From the NCBI GenBank assembly GCA_964537875.1, contig CAZIDN010000006.1, positions 30,874-94,873 of the forward strand: a stretch of 64,000 bases of DNA, read 5' to 3'. Below, in pieces: positions 18,349 to 28,375 of the stretch (the first letter of the stretch is position 1; each line of letters starts with the position of its first letter). Under the pieces are notes generated by a model that had not been told where the DNA came from, ran no database searches, and worked only from the letters and a program-made list of their open reading frames with translations. Origin of the DNA: an uncultured Eubacteriales bacterium. GTDB lineage: Bacteria > Acidobacteriota > Aminicenantia > Aminicenantales > UBA4085. The position numbers were made by a program, and so were the translations under genes.

Positions 18349-21300
18349 ATGGGCATTCTGGATGTGAGAAAGACAGCTTTGTTCCCGAGAGCGGTCATCT
18401 TATGGTTAGCCCTGCCGTTTTTATCAATGTTATTTGGCCAGGAGATCCCTTACAGGACAGGGGAGTGGAACGGCGATGAGCTGGGCAATCATCGGGCCGT
18501 TCTCAGGGTCGAGGCCATGGCCGACGCCGTCCGGGCCCATATTTCCTGGCGGAGAAGGGACCTGCAGCCCGAAAAAAAACGGCTGATGGTCTTTGATGCC
18601 AAGTCAGGCGCCCGTCTAAAAAATATATGTGTTGTGGACATAAGCCGGGAGTTTGGAGAGATCGTTTTCGAGCCTGCCGCCGGCCCTGGCGACTATTACG
18701 TCTATTACATGCCCTATAAGCTTACCGGCAGCAGAAATTATCCCAACGCCAGATATCTCGAGCCCGAGGTGACGGCGGACTCGGCTTGGCTGGGCCGCAA
18801 TGGCCTGGCCGTGGCACGGCTTTCCACGAACGACCTCAAGAAATTTCCCGAAGCGAAGCTCGTCGAGTTCCAGTCCGTCGACGAGTTTAGCAACGTCTAT
18901 CCCATGGAAGTCATCGCCACGGCCGGTGAAACACAGTCGCTTCTGGCCAAGGATCCGCAAACGCCGTTCCTTCTTTTTCCGGAGGACCGGAAATATCCCA
19001 TCCGCATGACCGACGACCTGCCTCTTCGATGGGTCCTGACGGGACCGCTCGGCATATTCCGGGGCGAGGCGGCCCGCGGCGAATTCTATGCTTTTCAAAT
19101 CGGCGTCTACGCCGGCCGCCAGCCGATTCCAGATCTCGATGTCCGCTTCAGCGATTTGAAAAACGCGGAGGCGGGCGTTTCGATTCCGGCTTCCGCCCTC
19201 CGATGCCTCAACACCGGCGGCATCAACTGGAACGGCGAGCCGTTCAAAAAAGTCTGCGCCGTTGACAAAGGAAAAATCCAGGCCCTCTGGTGCGGCGTCC
19301 AAGTCCCCGAGGACTGTCGGCCGGGACTTTATGAAGGGATGGTGAGCGTTGCCCCAACGGGGATCCCGGAACGCCACGTCAAAATTTCCCTCAAGGTCGG
19401 AAGTGACGTCCTTCCCGACGCGGGGGATGGCCAGCCCGAGCGACAATCGCGGCTGCGCTGGCTGGATTCGCGAATCGCTTTTGATGACGAGATCGTCGCT
19501 CCCTTCACGGCCCTCGTCGTCAAAGGGACCACCATCCACTGTTTGGGCCGGAGCGTGACACTCGGCCCTTCCGGATTTCCCCTCCGCGTCCAGAGCTTCT
19601 TTGCGCCCGAAGTGACGCATCTTGTCGAGAAAGGCCGCGATGTCCTGGCCGGGCCGGTGAAATTGACGGTCGAAGACGCGGCCGGCGCGCTTTTATCCTG
19701 GAAGGAAGCCGGCCTCAAGTTCACCAAACAGAGGCCCGGGGCTGTGGCCTGGGAATCAAGAAATGTTTCGGACGCTCTCGTTATGGATTGCCGGGCCCAA
19801 ATGGAGATGGATGGATTTATCGAATTTAAAGTCCGGCTGACCGCGGCCAAACCGTTGGACGTCCAGGACATCCGGCTCGAGATTCCTATCGTCAAGGATG
19901 CCGCCAAGTACATGATGGGATTGGGTTTCAAAGGCGGCGTTCGTCCCTCGGAATTCCAATGGGCATGGGACCAAAAGAAAAACCAGGATGCCCTTTGGAT
20001 CGGCGACGTCAACGCGGGGGTCCAGTGCTCGCTGCGGGCGGAAAATTATTCCCGGCCGCTGAACACGAATTTTTATCTCAGCAAGCCGCTCAACATGCCG
20101 CCTTCCTGGTTCAACGAGGGCAAGGGCGGCTGCCGGGTGAAAGAAGCGGGCAGCGGCGTGGTTCTGTTGACGGCCACCAGCGGGCCGCGCACGCTCAGGC
20201 CCGGCGACGAGCTGCATTTTGATTTCAACTTCCTGTTGACGCCGTTCAAGACCATCGATACGAACGCCCAATGGTCGACGCGGTTCATCCATTCGTTCAA
20301 AACTCTGGACGAGGTAGCCCGCACGGGTGCCAACACGATCAATATCCACCACGCCAACGACATCAATCCCTACATCAACTATCCCTTCCTCCGCCCGAAA
20401 GAGATGAAGGCCTACATCGACGAAGCCCACCGGCGCGGGTTCAAGGTCAAGATCTACAACACCATCCGCGAGCTGTCCAACCGGGCGGCCGAGCTCTTCG
20501 GGCTGCGCAGCCTGGGCAGCGAAATTTTCTCTCGGGGCCCCGGCGGCGGATATTCCTGGCTGCAGGAGCATGTCGGGTCCGACTATATCGCCGCCTGGTT
20601 TGTGCCGCAGCTCAAGGACGCGGCCATCATCAACAGCGGCATGTCGCGCTGGCACAACTATTATCTGGAAGGGCTGAACTGGCTGGCCAAGAACGTGGGG
20701 ATCGACGGGCTGTATATCGACGACGTCGCTTTCGACAGGACGACGATGAAGCGGGCGAGGAAAGTCCTGGACCGGACGAGGCCCGGCGCCCTGATCGACC
20801 TCCACTCGGCCAATCAGTACAATCCCAGGGACGGCTTTGCCTCGAGCGCCAACCTGTATCTGGAGCATTTCCCCTATATCAACCGGCTCTGGTTCGGCGA
20901 ATATTTCGATTACTTCAATTCGCCTCCCGATTACTGGCTGATCGAGGTTTCCGGCATCCCGTTTGGCCTGATGGGAGAGATGCTGGAGGATGGAGGAAAC
21001 CCCTGGCGGGGGATGATTTACGGCATGACCAACCGCCTCCCCTGGTCCGGAAACAACCCCGCCCGGCTCTGGAAAGTCTGGGATGATTTCGGGATGCAAG
21101 ATTCCCGGATGATCGGCTACTGGGTCGATTCCTGCCCCGTCAAAACAGATCATAAAGATGTCCTGGCCACGGCGTATGTGAAAAAGGGCAAGGTGCTCGT
21201 CTCCGTCGCCAGCTGGGCCAGAGGCCCTGTCCTGTCCAGGCTGAAGATCGACTGGAAAGCTCTGGGATTGGATCCTTCGAAAGCGAAACTCCGGGCGCCC

Positions 21301-21393
21301 GCGGTCCCGGATTTTCAATTCGAAGCCGCGTTCGCGCCCGATGATCCGATCCCCTTCGAGCCGGGCAAAGGCTGGCTGCTCATCTTAGAATAA
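18349..21393 (+). CDS. Secreted putative glycoside hydrolase (TIM-barrel, DUF4091/GH123-like)
   Basis: Signal peptide; 1014 aa; central region with NTINIHHAN...YIDDVAFD blocks typical of DUF4091 glycosidase-like proteins. Confidence 0.45.
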   Translation: MGILDVRKTALFPRAVILWLALPFLSMLFGQEIPYRTGEWNGDELGNHRAVLRVEAMADAVRAHISWRRRDLQPEKKRLMVFDAKSGARLKNICVVDISREFGEIVFEPAAGPGDYYVYYMPYKLTGSRNYPNARYLEPEVTADSAWLGRNGLAVARLSTNDLKKFPEAKLVEFQSVDEFSNVYPMEVIATAGETQSLLAKDPQTPFLLFPEDRKYPIRMTDDLPLRWVLTGPLGIFRGEAARGEFYAFQIGVYAGRQPIPDLDVRFSDLKNAEAGVSIPASALRCLNTGGINWNGEPFKKVCAVDKGKIQALWCGVQVPEDCRPGLYEGMVSVAPTGIPERHVKISLKVGSDVLPDAGDGQPERQSRLRWLDSRIAFDDEIVAPFTALVVKGTTIHCLGRSVTLGPSGFPLRVQSFFAPEVTHLVEKGRDVLAGPVKLTVEDAAGALLSWKEAGLKFTKQRPGAVAWESRNVSDALVMDCRAQMEMDGFIEFKVRLTAAKPLDVQDIRLEIPIVKDAAKYMMGLGFKGGVRPSEFQWAWDQKKNQDALWIGDVNAGVQCSLRAENYSRPLNTNFYLSKPLNMPPSWFNEGKGGCRVKEAGSGVVLLTATSGPRTLRPGDELHFDFNFLLTPFKTIDTNAQWSTRFIHSFKTLDEVARTGANTINIHHANDINPYINYPFLRPKEMKAYIDEAHRRGFKVKIYNTIRELSNRAAELFGLRSLGSEIFSRGPGGGYSWLQEHVGSDYIAAWFVPQLKDAAIINSGMSRWHNYYLEGLNWLAKNVGIDGLYIDDVAFDRTTMKRARKVLDRTRPGALIDLHSANQYNPRDGFASSANLYLEHFPYINRLWFGEYFDYFNSPPDYWLIEVSGIPFGLMGEMLEDGGNPWRGMIYGMTNRLPWSGNNPARLWKVWDDFGMQDSRMIGYWVDSCPVKTDHKDVLATAYVKKGKVLVSVASWARGPVLSRLKIDWKALGLDPSKAKLRAPAVPDFQFEAAFAPDDPIPFEPGKGWLLILE

Positions 21394-21404
21394 TTCGGTG
21401 TGTG

Positions 21405-23837
21405 TCACCGAATTTCTTCTTTCTTCTCGCCCTCATAAAAGTCTTTTGAGGCGCAGGCCAGCCTCTGAAGCTCCTTGTCCACCAAGGCGTTGACCGTTCC
21501 TTCGTCAAACGATCCGTCGTCTTTCCGGGCTCCGGCCGGGACGCCGGTGAGAATCTCGATGCCTTCATCGATCGATTTGACCGGGTAGATGTGGAAGAAG
21601 CCCTTGGCCGCCGCCTCGACGACATCCGTCCGGAGCATGAGGTTCTGGACGTTCTGATGGGGAATGAGCACGCCCTGAGTTCCCCTGAGTCCTTTGGCTT
21701 TGCAGACATCAAAGAACCCCTCGATTTTCTCGTTGACCCCGCCGATGGGCTGGATCTCGCCCTTTTGATTGACCGATCCCGTCACGGCAATGTCCTGTCT
21801 CAGCGGCAGTTGGGACAGGCTTGACAGAATGGCATAGACCTCGGTCGATGAGGCGCTGTCTCCGTCGACCCCCGAATAGGACTGCTCGAAGGCGATGCTG
21901 GCGGAAAATGCGAACGGCTTGTTCTGGGCATATTTCCCGCGCAGATACCCGCCGAGGATCAGGACGCCCTTGTTGTGGGTGCTGCCGCTCATATCCGCTT
22001 CCCGTTCGATATTGATGACGCCGGCCCGGCCGATGGAGGTCCTGGCCGTGATCCGCGACGGCTTGCCGAAGGAAAACTGCCCCATGCTGTAGACAGCCAG
22101 GCCGTTGACCTGGCCGACGACTTCGCCTTCGGTATCGATCATGATCGTGCCCTCTTCGATCATCTCCTGGATCTTGTCTTCGATGAGGCTGACCCGTTCG
22201 AAGCGCTCTCGAATGGCCTGCTCGACATAAGGGGCGCTGACCATTTTCTGCCCCTCTTTCTGGGCCCAGTAGCTGGCTTCCCGGGTGACGTCGGCGATCA
22301 CGTGAAAACGGGTGGAGAGCTTTTTGTGCCGCCCGGCGATCCGCGTCCCGTATTCGACGATGGCGGCCATGCCCGATTTATCGAACGACAGAAGCTTGTC
22401 GTCGTCGCAGATCTTCTTGATAAACCGGACATAATCCCGGATGGTATAGCTCGTCTTGTCCATCTCGGAGTCGAATTCAGCCTTGATCTTGAAGATCTTC
22501 TTGAAGTCCTGGTCGGCAAAATAGAGGAGGTTATAGATCTCCTCATCGCCGATCATGACCACCTTGACGTTGGCCTTGATCGGCTGAGGCTTGAGGCGCG
22601 TCGTGGAGAACAGAAACAGCGAGGCATAGTTCTGGATCTCGAAGATCTGGTTGCGGAGAGTCCGCTTCAGGGTCGTCCAGACGCCGGGCTCGATGAGGGC
22701 GTCCAGGGCGTTGATGACCAAAAAACCGTCGTTGGCTTTGAGGAAGGAGCCGGCCTTGATCTTGGTAAAATCCGTCTGCAAAACTCCGAACCGGCTGACC
22801 GTCGATTCGATCGAGCCGAAGAGGTTGATATAGGTCGGGTTGGTTTCCATGACGACCGGCGCATGCTTCAGGTCGGAGTTGTCGACAAGGAGGTTGGCGC
22901 GATACTCCAAGAACGGGTCGACGGCCTCTTTTTCCTTCTCTTCCTTCTTCTGGTTTTTGAAGAGGTCGATGCTCTGGATCAGGTGGTCCTCGATGTCCTT
23001 GAGATATTCGGGGATCTTGGGGAAGGGGAATTTGGCGCTGACCTCCGAGATCGCCCCTTTGATCATGGGCGTGATGGATTCGGCGTCCCAGTTCTTGAGC
23101 TGGGTCCGGGTCTCTTCTTCGATTTCCCTCAGCTGTTCGAAGATCTCCTCGAGCTTGGCGGACAGCTCTTCGTAATTCTTCCTGAGCGCGTCCAGCGACT
23201 TCTGGGGGAATTTTTTCTCCTTGACCATGGCTTCCAGCTTGTTGAAAGGGACGGGCTGATCGTCGATGACGGGGATCAGGTCCGGCTTGACGAACAGTCC
23301 CATCTGGACCTGGATGACGGAAAACCCTTGCTTGGCGACCTCCTCCTCAAAGCCCTGGAGGAGCTCTTTCTGTTTCCGCTGCTGGCTTTCGATGATGGAA
23401 TCGCGCTTCTCGGAGTAGTACTTGCTCTTGAGCAGCTCGGGAATGTTGTGCTTGAGCATTTCGATGAGGTTCTCCATGGCCGCCGAAAACAGCTTTCCCT
23501 TTCCCGGAGGCATGGTGATCAGCGTCGGCTCGTCGGGGTATTTGAAATTGTTGACGTAGAGGATATCGTCGGGCGGCTGGTCGCCCTTTTCCAGCCGCTC
23601 CAGCAGCTGTTTGATGGTCGTTGTCCGGCCCGTGCCGACCATGCCCGTGATGAAGATGTTGTAGCCGAGGCTCTTGATGTCCAAACCGGTCTGGAGGGCC
23701 TTGAGGGCCCGGTCCTGGCCGATGATCTCGTCGCACGCTTCGCATTCGCTGGTCGTGGAGAACGGAATCGAATCTGGGTCGCATTTCCAGCGCATCTTTT
23801 CTACGGGCAGTTCAGCGAAGTCCGTTTTTTTGATCAT
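21405..23837 (-). CDS. Lon-related ATP-dependent protease (LonB/COG1067-type: AAA+ ATPase + S16 protease domain)
   Basis: Walker A ITGMVGTGRTT; C-terminal Lon proteolytic domain with the Ser-Lys dyad context (...DGDSASSTEVYAILSSLS...); 810 aa. Confidence 0.7.
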   Translation of the reverse strand: MIKKTDFAELPVEKMRWKCDPDSIPFSTTSECEACDEIIGQDRALKALQTGLDIKSLGYNIFITGMVGTGRTTTIKQLLERLEKGDQPPDDILYVNNFKYPDEPTLITMPPGKGKLFSAAMENLIEMLKHNIPELLKSKYYSEKRDSIIESQQRKQKELLQGFEEEVAKQGFSVIQVQMGLFVKPDLIPVIDDQPVPFNKLEAMVKEKKFPQKSLDALRKNYEELSAKLEEIFEQLREIEEETRTQLKNWDAESITPMIKGAISEVSAKFPFPKIPEYLKDIEDHLIQSIDLFKNQKKEEKEKEAVDPFLEYRANLLVDNSDLKHAPVVMETNPTYINLFGSIESTVSRFGVLQTDFTKIKAGSFLKANDGFLVINALDALIEPGVWTTLKRTLRNQIFEIQNYASLFLFSTTRLKPQPIKANVKVVMIGDEEIYNLLYFADQDFKKIFKIKAEFDSEMDKTSYTIRDYVRFIKKICDDDKLLSFDKSGMAAIVEYGTRIAGRHKKLSTRFHVIADVTREASYWAQKEGQKMVSAPYVEQAIRERFERVSLIEDKIQEMIEEGTIMIDTEGEVVGQVNGLAVYSMGQFSFGKPSRITARTSIGRAGVINIEREADMSGSTHNKGVLILGGYLRGKYAQNKPFAFSASIAFEQSYSGVDGDSASSTEVYAILSSLSQLPLRQDIAVTGSVNQKGEIQPIGGVNEKIEGFFDVCKAKGLRGTQGVLIPHQNVQNLMLRTDVVEAAAKGFFHIYPVKSIDEGIEILTGVPAGARKDDGSFDEGTVNALVDKELQRLACASKDFYEGEKKEEIR

Positions 23838-23977
23838 GGCCGTCTCCTTTGAAGCTGAGGGATGTCATGAATGTTATTAACATAAACACCGTCCGAAAAA
23901 CAAGATATCCGTTTAGCCAATTTTTTTAGTGCAAAAAACAGGGCAATTTGTTAGAATAAAAAAACTTGGAGGCAAAA

Positions 23978-25096
23978 GTGAATGCCGTTCGCCTCGAAAA
24001 AGTGAAGACGAAAAAGGATTTTCGCGATTTCCTCCGGTTTCCTTGGAAGGTCTACCGGAAAGATCCCAACTGGGTGCCTCCTCTAATCGTGGACGTCAAA
24101 GACAAGCTGGACGTCAAAAAGAACCCCTTTTTTGAGCACGCCGAGCGGGAGCTGTTCTTGGCCCGCAGGGGCGACGAGGTCGCCGGACGGATCGTCGGCA
24201 TCGTCGATCATAATCACAACTCCTTCCACAACGAGAAGATCGTCTTCTTCGGCCTCTATGAAAGCCTGAACGATGTCGAAACGGCCCGGGCCTTGCTCGA
24301 TGCGGTGGCTGCCTGGGGCCGAGAGCGGGGCATGAACACCTTGAGGGGCACGGTCAACATCTCCATGAACGATGAATGCGCCTTTCTTCTCGAAGGCTTC
24401 GATTCCCCGCCGGTGGTGATGATGCCCTACAACCCGCCCTATTATTTGGAACTCATGGATCAGTGCGGCCTGGGCAAGGCCAAAGACCTCTTTGCGTTTG
24501 CCATGAGCAGTGACCATGACACGGCAGAAAAGGTTAAGGCGATCATCGACAAGATCAAGAAAGAGACGACCATCACCTGCCGCACCTTTAATAAGAAGAA
24601 TCTGAAAGAGGAAGCGGAAATCATCAAATATATTTACAATCATGCCTGGGAGAGGAACTGGGGCTTTGTGCCATGGACGGAGAATGAGATGAACCATATG
24701 GCCAAAAAGCTCACTCAGTTAGCGGATCTAGATCTGGTGATCATTGCCGAAGACCGGGGGAAGCCGATCGGCTTTGCCTTCGGATTTCCCGACTACAATC
24801 AAATCCTGATCAAGCTCAACGGGCGGCTCTTCCCGACTGGGATTTTTAAGCTCCTGCTCGGCCGGAAAAAGATTAAAGGCATACGCGCCCTGGTGTTTGG
24901 GATCCTGAAGGAATACCGCCAGACGGGCGCGAGCTACCTCCTGTATTCCAAGCTGGAGGAAAACGCCAAAGCCAATGGTTATCAATGGTGCGAGATATCC
25001 TGGCAGCTCGAGGACAATGAGCCGATCAACAGGTTCGTCGCTTCGATCGGCGGGAACATCCATAAAAAATATCGGATCTACGAGAAAAAAATCTGA
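23978..25096 (+). CDS. GNAT-fold acyltransferase (FemAB/Acetyltransf_6-like)
   Basis: GTG start 5 nt after a GGAGG RBS (the ORF-track start at 23966 is a TTG). About 370 aa with two GNAT-like halves. Confidence 0.4.
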   Translation: MNAVRLEKVKTKKDFRDFLRFPWKVYRKDPNWVPPLIVDVKDKLDVKKNPFFEHAERELFLARRGDEVAGRIVGIVDHNHNSFHNEKIVFFGLYESLNDVETARALLDAVAAWGRERGMNTLRGTVNISMNDECAFLLEGFDSPPVVMMPYNPPYYLELMDQCGLGKAKDLFAFAMSSDHDTAEKVKAIIDKIKKETTITCRTFNKKNLKEEAEIIKYIYNHAWERNWGFVPWTENEMNHMAKKLTQLADLDLVIIAEDRGKPIGFAFGFPDYNQILIKLNGRLFPTGIFKLLLGRKKIKGIRALVFGILKEYRQTGASYLLYSKLEENAKANGYQWCEISWQLEDNEPINRFVASIGGNIHKKYRIYEKKI

Positions 25097-25120
25097 CGAG
25101 GCTTTCAAACGGAGGGAGAT

Positions 25121-25903
25121 ATGGAATACAAAAACCTGCTGATAAAAAAAGGGGACGGGATCGGCTGGATCACCATCCACCGTCCCGAGAAACTCAATGC
25201 TCTGAACGTCGAAACCGTGCTTGAGCTCCGCTCGGCCTTCCTGGAATTCCAGGATGATTCCGAGGTCAGAGTGGTCATCTTAACCGGGTCAGGGGAAAAG
25301 GCTTTCATCGCCGGCGCGGATATCAGCCAGTTCCTCGGCCTGAATGAAGCCGGGGCTAAAGAATATGCCCAGCGAGGACAGGACGTGACGGCGTTGATCG
25401 AAAATTCAAAGAAGCCGGTCATCGCCGCCATCAACGGCTATGCCCTGGGCGGCGGCACGGAATTTGCGCTCGCCTGCCACATCCGGATCGCCTCCGAAAA
25501 CGCGAAGATGGGTCAGCCCGAGGTTAAATTGGGTCTCATTCCCGGCTACGGCGGAACCCAAAGACTGGCCCGCCTCGTCGGAAAAGGCAAAGCCCTGGAG
25601 CTTATCCTGTCGGGACGGACCATCGATGCCAAGGAAGCCTTTGAGATCGGCCTCGTCAACCGGGTCGTTCCGTTGGCCGAGCTGGCCGCTGCCTGCGGGA
25701 AACTCGCCCAAGAGATCATTGCCAACGCTCCCTTGGCCCTGCAATATTCCATCCAGGCGGTCAACGAGGGCTTGGACCAGTCTCTCCAAGACGGATTGCA
25801 GACGGAGGCCTCCCTGTTTGGGAGAACGTTCGCCTCGGAGGACAGCCAGGAAGGGACAAAGGCATTTCTCGAGAAACGAAAAGCCGACTTTAAAGGAAAA
25901 TAA
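25121..25903 (+). CDS. Enoyl-CoA hydratase/isomerase (crotonase family)
   Basis: [13 protein letters not shown]...AFIAGADI...[13 protein letters not shown] crotonase signature; 260 aa. Confidence 0.8.
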   Translation: MEYKNLLIKKGDGIGWITIHRPEKLNALNVETVLELRSAFLEFQDDSEVRVVILTGSGEKAFIAGADISQFLGLNEAGAKEYAQRGQDVTALIENSKKPVIAAINGYALGGGTEFALACHIRIASENAKMGQPEVKLGLIPGYGGTQRLARLVGKGKALELILSGRTIDAKEAFEIGLVNRVVPLAELAAACGKLAQEIIANAPLALQYSIQAVNEGLDQSLQDGLQTEASLFGRTFASEDSQEGTKAFLEKRKADFKGK

Positions 25904-25916
25904 AGAGGAGAAGGCC

Positions 25917-26387
25917 ATGAAAACATTCGAAGGAAAACTCCAAGCTAAAGGCTTCAAGATCGGCATCGTCGTCAGCCGGTTCAACGAATTCATCACGGGG
26001 AAGCTTTTGGACGGCGCCCTGGATGCCTTGAAAAAGCTCGGCGCCGAGGACAGCGATGTCGCGATCTATAAAGTTCCCGGCTCTTTTGAGATCCCGCTGA
26101 TCACCAAAAAAATAGCCCTGTCCAAGAAGGTCGACGGGATCGTCTGCTTGGGCGCCTTGATCAGAGGCGACACGCCCCATTTTGATTTTCTGAGCGCCGA
26201 AGTGACCAAGGGGTTGGCCCAAATCGCCATGGAAGACGGGATCCCGGTGTCCTTCGGCATCCTGACCGTGGAAACCATCGAGCAGGGGATCGAGCGAGCC
26301 GGGACGAAAGCCGGCAATAAGGGTTGGGACGCGGTCTTGTCGCTGATCGAAACGCTCAACCTCATCAAAGAATCCAAGCTGGGCTGA
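25917..26387 (+). CDS. ribH: 6,7-dimethyl-8-ribityllumazine synthase
   Basis: 156 aa; [15 protein letters not shown]...VPGSFEIP...[13 protein letters not shown] are RibH hallmarks. AGGAG RBS precedes the ATG at 25917 (the 315-aa ORF from 25440 is an artefactual extension). Confidence 0.85.
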   Translation: MKTFEGKLQAKGFKIGIVVSRFNEFITGKLLDGALDALKKLGAEDSDVAIYKVPGSFEIPLITKKIALSKKVDGIVCLGALIRGDTPHFDFLSAEVTKGLAQIAMEDGIPVSFGILTVETIEQGIERAGTKAGNKGWDAVLSLIETLNLIKESKLG

Positions 26388-26402
26388 CGGACGGCCGCCT
26401 GT

Positions 26403-26912
26403 ATGGGCAAAAGAAGGACCTCCCGGGAAAACGCTCTCCAGATTCTTTTTGAGCTAGAATTCAATGACGCCGATCTCGACAGGGTCTTGGCCGGCTATTG
26501 GAATTCAAAAAAATCGGAAGGTCAGGTCCAAGAGTACGCCAACTGGCTGGTGCGGGGGATTGTCGCGCGGAAAGACGAGGTCGATGCCCTTATCCAGGGA
26601 AATTCCAAGCACTGGCGGATTTCACGGATGGCCTTCGTCGACCGCAATATCCTGCGGATCGCCGTGTTCGAGCTCCTCGAGGAAAAGCTGATAGCGCCGG
26701 CGATCGTCATCAACGAGGCCATTGAAATCGCTAAGCGATACAGCAGCGACGAGGCCGCCGTCTTTGTCAACGGTGTCCTTGACGCGGTCCGCAAAAAGCT
26801 CGCAAAAACCGAGCCTCAACAGGAGAGCAGAGAAGCCAACGCCAATGAACGATCAAAACAAACCTCCAAAAAAAGAACCGTCCGGTCCACAGGACGAGCT
26901 AAAAAAAAGTGA
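26403..26912 (+). CDS. nusB: Transcription antitermination factor NusB (with unusual basic C-terminal tail)
   Basis: N-terminal RENALQILFELEF...; ribH-nusB synteny. 169 aa, about 30 aa longer than a typical NusB because of a K/R-rich tail. Confidence 0.8.
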   Translation: MGKRRTSRENALQILFELEFNDADLDRVLAGYWNSKKSEGQVQEYANWLVRGIVARKDEVDALIQGNSKHWRISRMAFVDRNILRIAVFELLEEKLIAPAIVINEAIEIAKRYSSDEAAVFVNGVLDAVRKKLAKTEPQQESREANANERSKQTSKKRTVRSTGRAKKK

Positions 26913-28374
26913 CCAGGAGATCGCCCGGAAGGAGAAGTTCCAAAGGCTGATCCAGGGGGGCGTGGACCCTTTTCCCCACAAGGTCGAGAAAACCCACACC
27001 GTCACCGAGATCGTCGCCCAGTTCCCGCCGTTGACCAAGGAGGAGCTGGAGGCCAACAAGATCCAGGTCCGGGTGCCGGGCCGGATCGTCTCGGTCCGCC
27101 AGATGGGACGGGCCACGTTTTTTCATATCTCCGACGGCCGGGCCAAGCTCCAGGTCTATCTGCGTGAAGACGTGGCCGGTCCGAAAGCCTACGAGCTCTT
27201 TTCCCTGTTCGACATCGGCGACTGGATCGACGTCGAAGGGGTCCTGTTCAAGACGCGGACCGGGGAATTGACCGTTCTCTGCGACGCCTTTACCTTCCTG
27301 GCCAAGTGTTTCCATCCGCTGCCGGAAAAATGGCATGGACTCCAGGATGTGGAGCTCCGCTACCGAAGACGATATCTGGACCTGATCATGAATCCCGAGG
27401 TCGGCGAAGTCTTCCGGGTGCGCAGCGCGATCGTCTCCTTCATCCGGAGGTTCTTCGACCAGAGAGGGTACGTCGAGGTCGAGACGCCGATGATGCAAGC
27501 CATTCCCGGCGGGGCCTTGGCCAGGCCGTTCAGCACCCATCACAACGCCCTGGACATCGACCTGTATCTCCGGATCGCTCCGGAGCTGTACCTGAAGAGG
27601 CTGGTCGTGGGCGGAATGGACAAGGTCTATGAAATCAACAGGAATTTCCGCAATGAGGGGATCGACTCGGAACATAACCCCGAGTTCACCATGCTCGAAT
27701 TCTACGAGGCCTATTGCGATTACAACGACATGATGAACCTGACCGAGGAGCTCCTCTGCCAGCTCAGCCGGGCGCTTTTCGGAAAAGAGGAATTTCCCTA
27801 CGGCGAGCAGACGATCTCGCTCAAGCGGCCGTTCCGGCGCATCAAGTTCATGGAGGCGCTCTCTCATTACAGCGGGCTGGCCCCGGGCCGTTTCGACGAC
27901 CGGAAGGGGATCATCGAGTTCGCCGCGGCGCTCGCTCCGGAGAAAAAGCCCTCGACCTTCGGGAAAGCGATCGATATCATCTTTGACAAGCACGTCAAAC
28001 CGCAGATCGTCCAGCCGACGTTCATCATCAACCCGCCCAAGGAAGTCTCTCCGCTGGCCAAGGCCGCCAAAGACAACCCGGACGAGGCGGCGCGTTTTGA
28101 GCTGATGGTCGCCGGGATGGAGATCGCCAACGCCTTCTCGGAGCTGACCGACCCGGCCGAGCAGAGAAAAAGGTTCGAGGAGCAGGCCGAGGAGCGGAAA
28201 AAGGGGGACGAAGAGTCGCACCCGGTCGACATGGATTATGTCCAAGCCCTGGAATACGGGCTCCCGCCGACGGGCGGTGAAGGGATCGGCATCGACCGCC
28301 TGGCTATGCTTTTCGCCAACCGGAAATCCATCCGCGAGGTGATCCTCTTCCCGCTCCTGAGGCCGAAAGAGTAA
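26845..28374 (+). CDS. lysS: Lysine--tRNA ligase (class II)
   Basis: Anticodon-binding OB fold, class II motifs (FRNEGID...; ELxNAFSEL; GGxGIGIDRL). The only ATG ahead of the conserved N-terminus (26845) overlaps the nusB 3' end by 68 nt, so the start is uncertain. Confidence 0.8.
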   Translation: MNDQNKPPKKEPSGPQDELKKSDQEIARKEKFQRLIQGGVDPFPHKVEKTHTVTEIVAQFPPLTKEELEANKIQVRVPGRIVSVRQMGRATFFHISDGRAKLQVYLREDVAGPKAYELFSLFDIGDWIDVEGVLFKTRTGELTVLCDAFTFLAKCFHPLPEKWHGLQDVELRYRRRYLDLIMNPEVGEVFRVRSAIVSFIRRFFDQRGYVEVETPMMQAIPGGALARPFSTHHNALDIDLYLRIAPELYLKRLVVGGMDKVYEINRNFRNEGIDSEHNPEFTMLEFYEAYCDYNDMMNLTEELLCQLSRALFGKEEFPYGEQTISLKRPFRRIKFMEALSHYSGLAPGRFDDRKGIIEFAAALAPEKKPSTFGKAIDIIFDKHVKPQIVQPTFIINPPKEVSPLAKAAKDNPDEAARFELMVAGMEIANAFSELTDPAEQRKRFEEQAEERKKGDEESHPVDMDYVQALEYGLPPTGGEGIGIDRLAMLFANRKSIREVILFPLLRPKE

Positions 28375-28375
28375 A

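Noticed and set aside
19756-21318. 520-aa minus-strand ORF inside the glycoside-hydrolase-like gene
   Set aside because: Same GC-driven antisense artefact; no motifs; the sense gene has a signal peptide and conserved blocks.
21975-23852. 625-aa plus-strand ORF antisense to the Lon-like protease
   Set aside because: Low-complexity D/G/L/R-rich; the Lon-like gene on the other strand has Walker and S16 motifs.
25440-25916. 5' extension of the ribH ORF (315-aa version) overlapping the enoyl-CoA hydratase gene
   Set aside because: RibH homology starts at the ATG 25917 with its own RBS; the upstream part is out of frame with the crotonase and P/S/R-rich.
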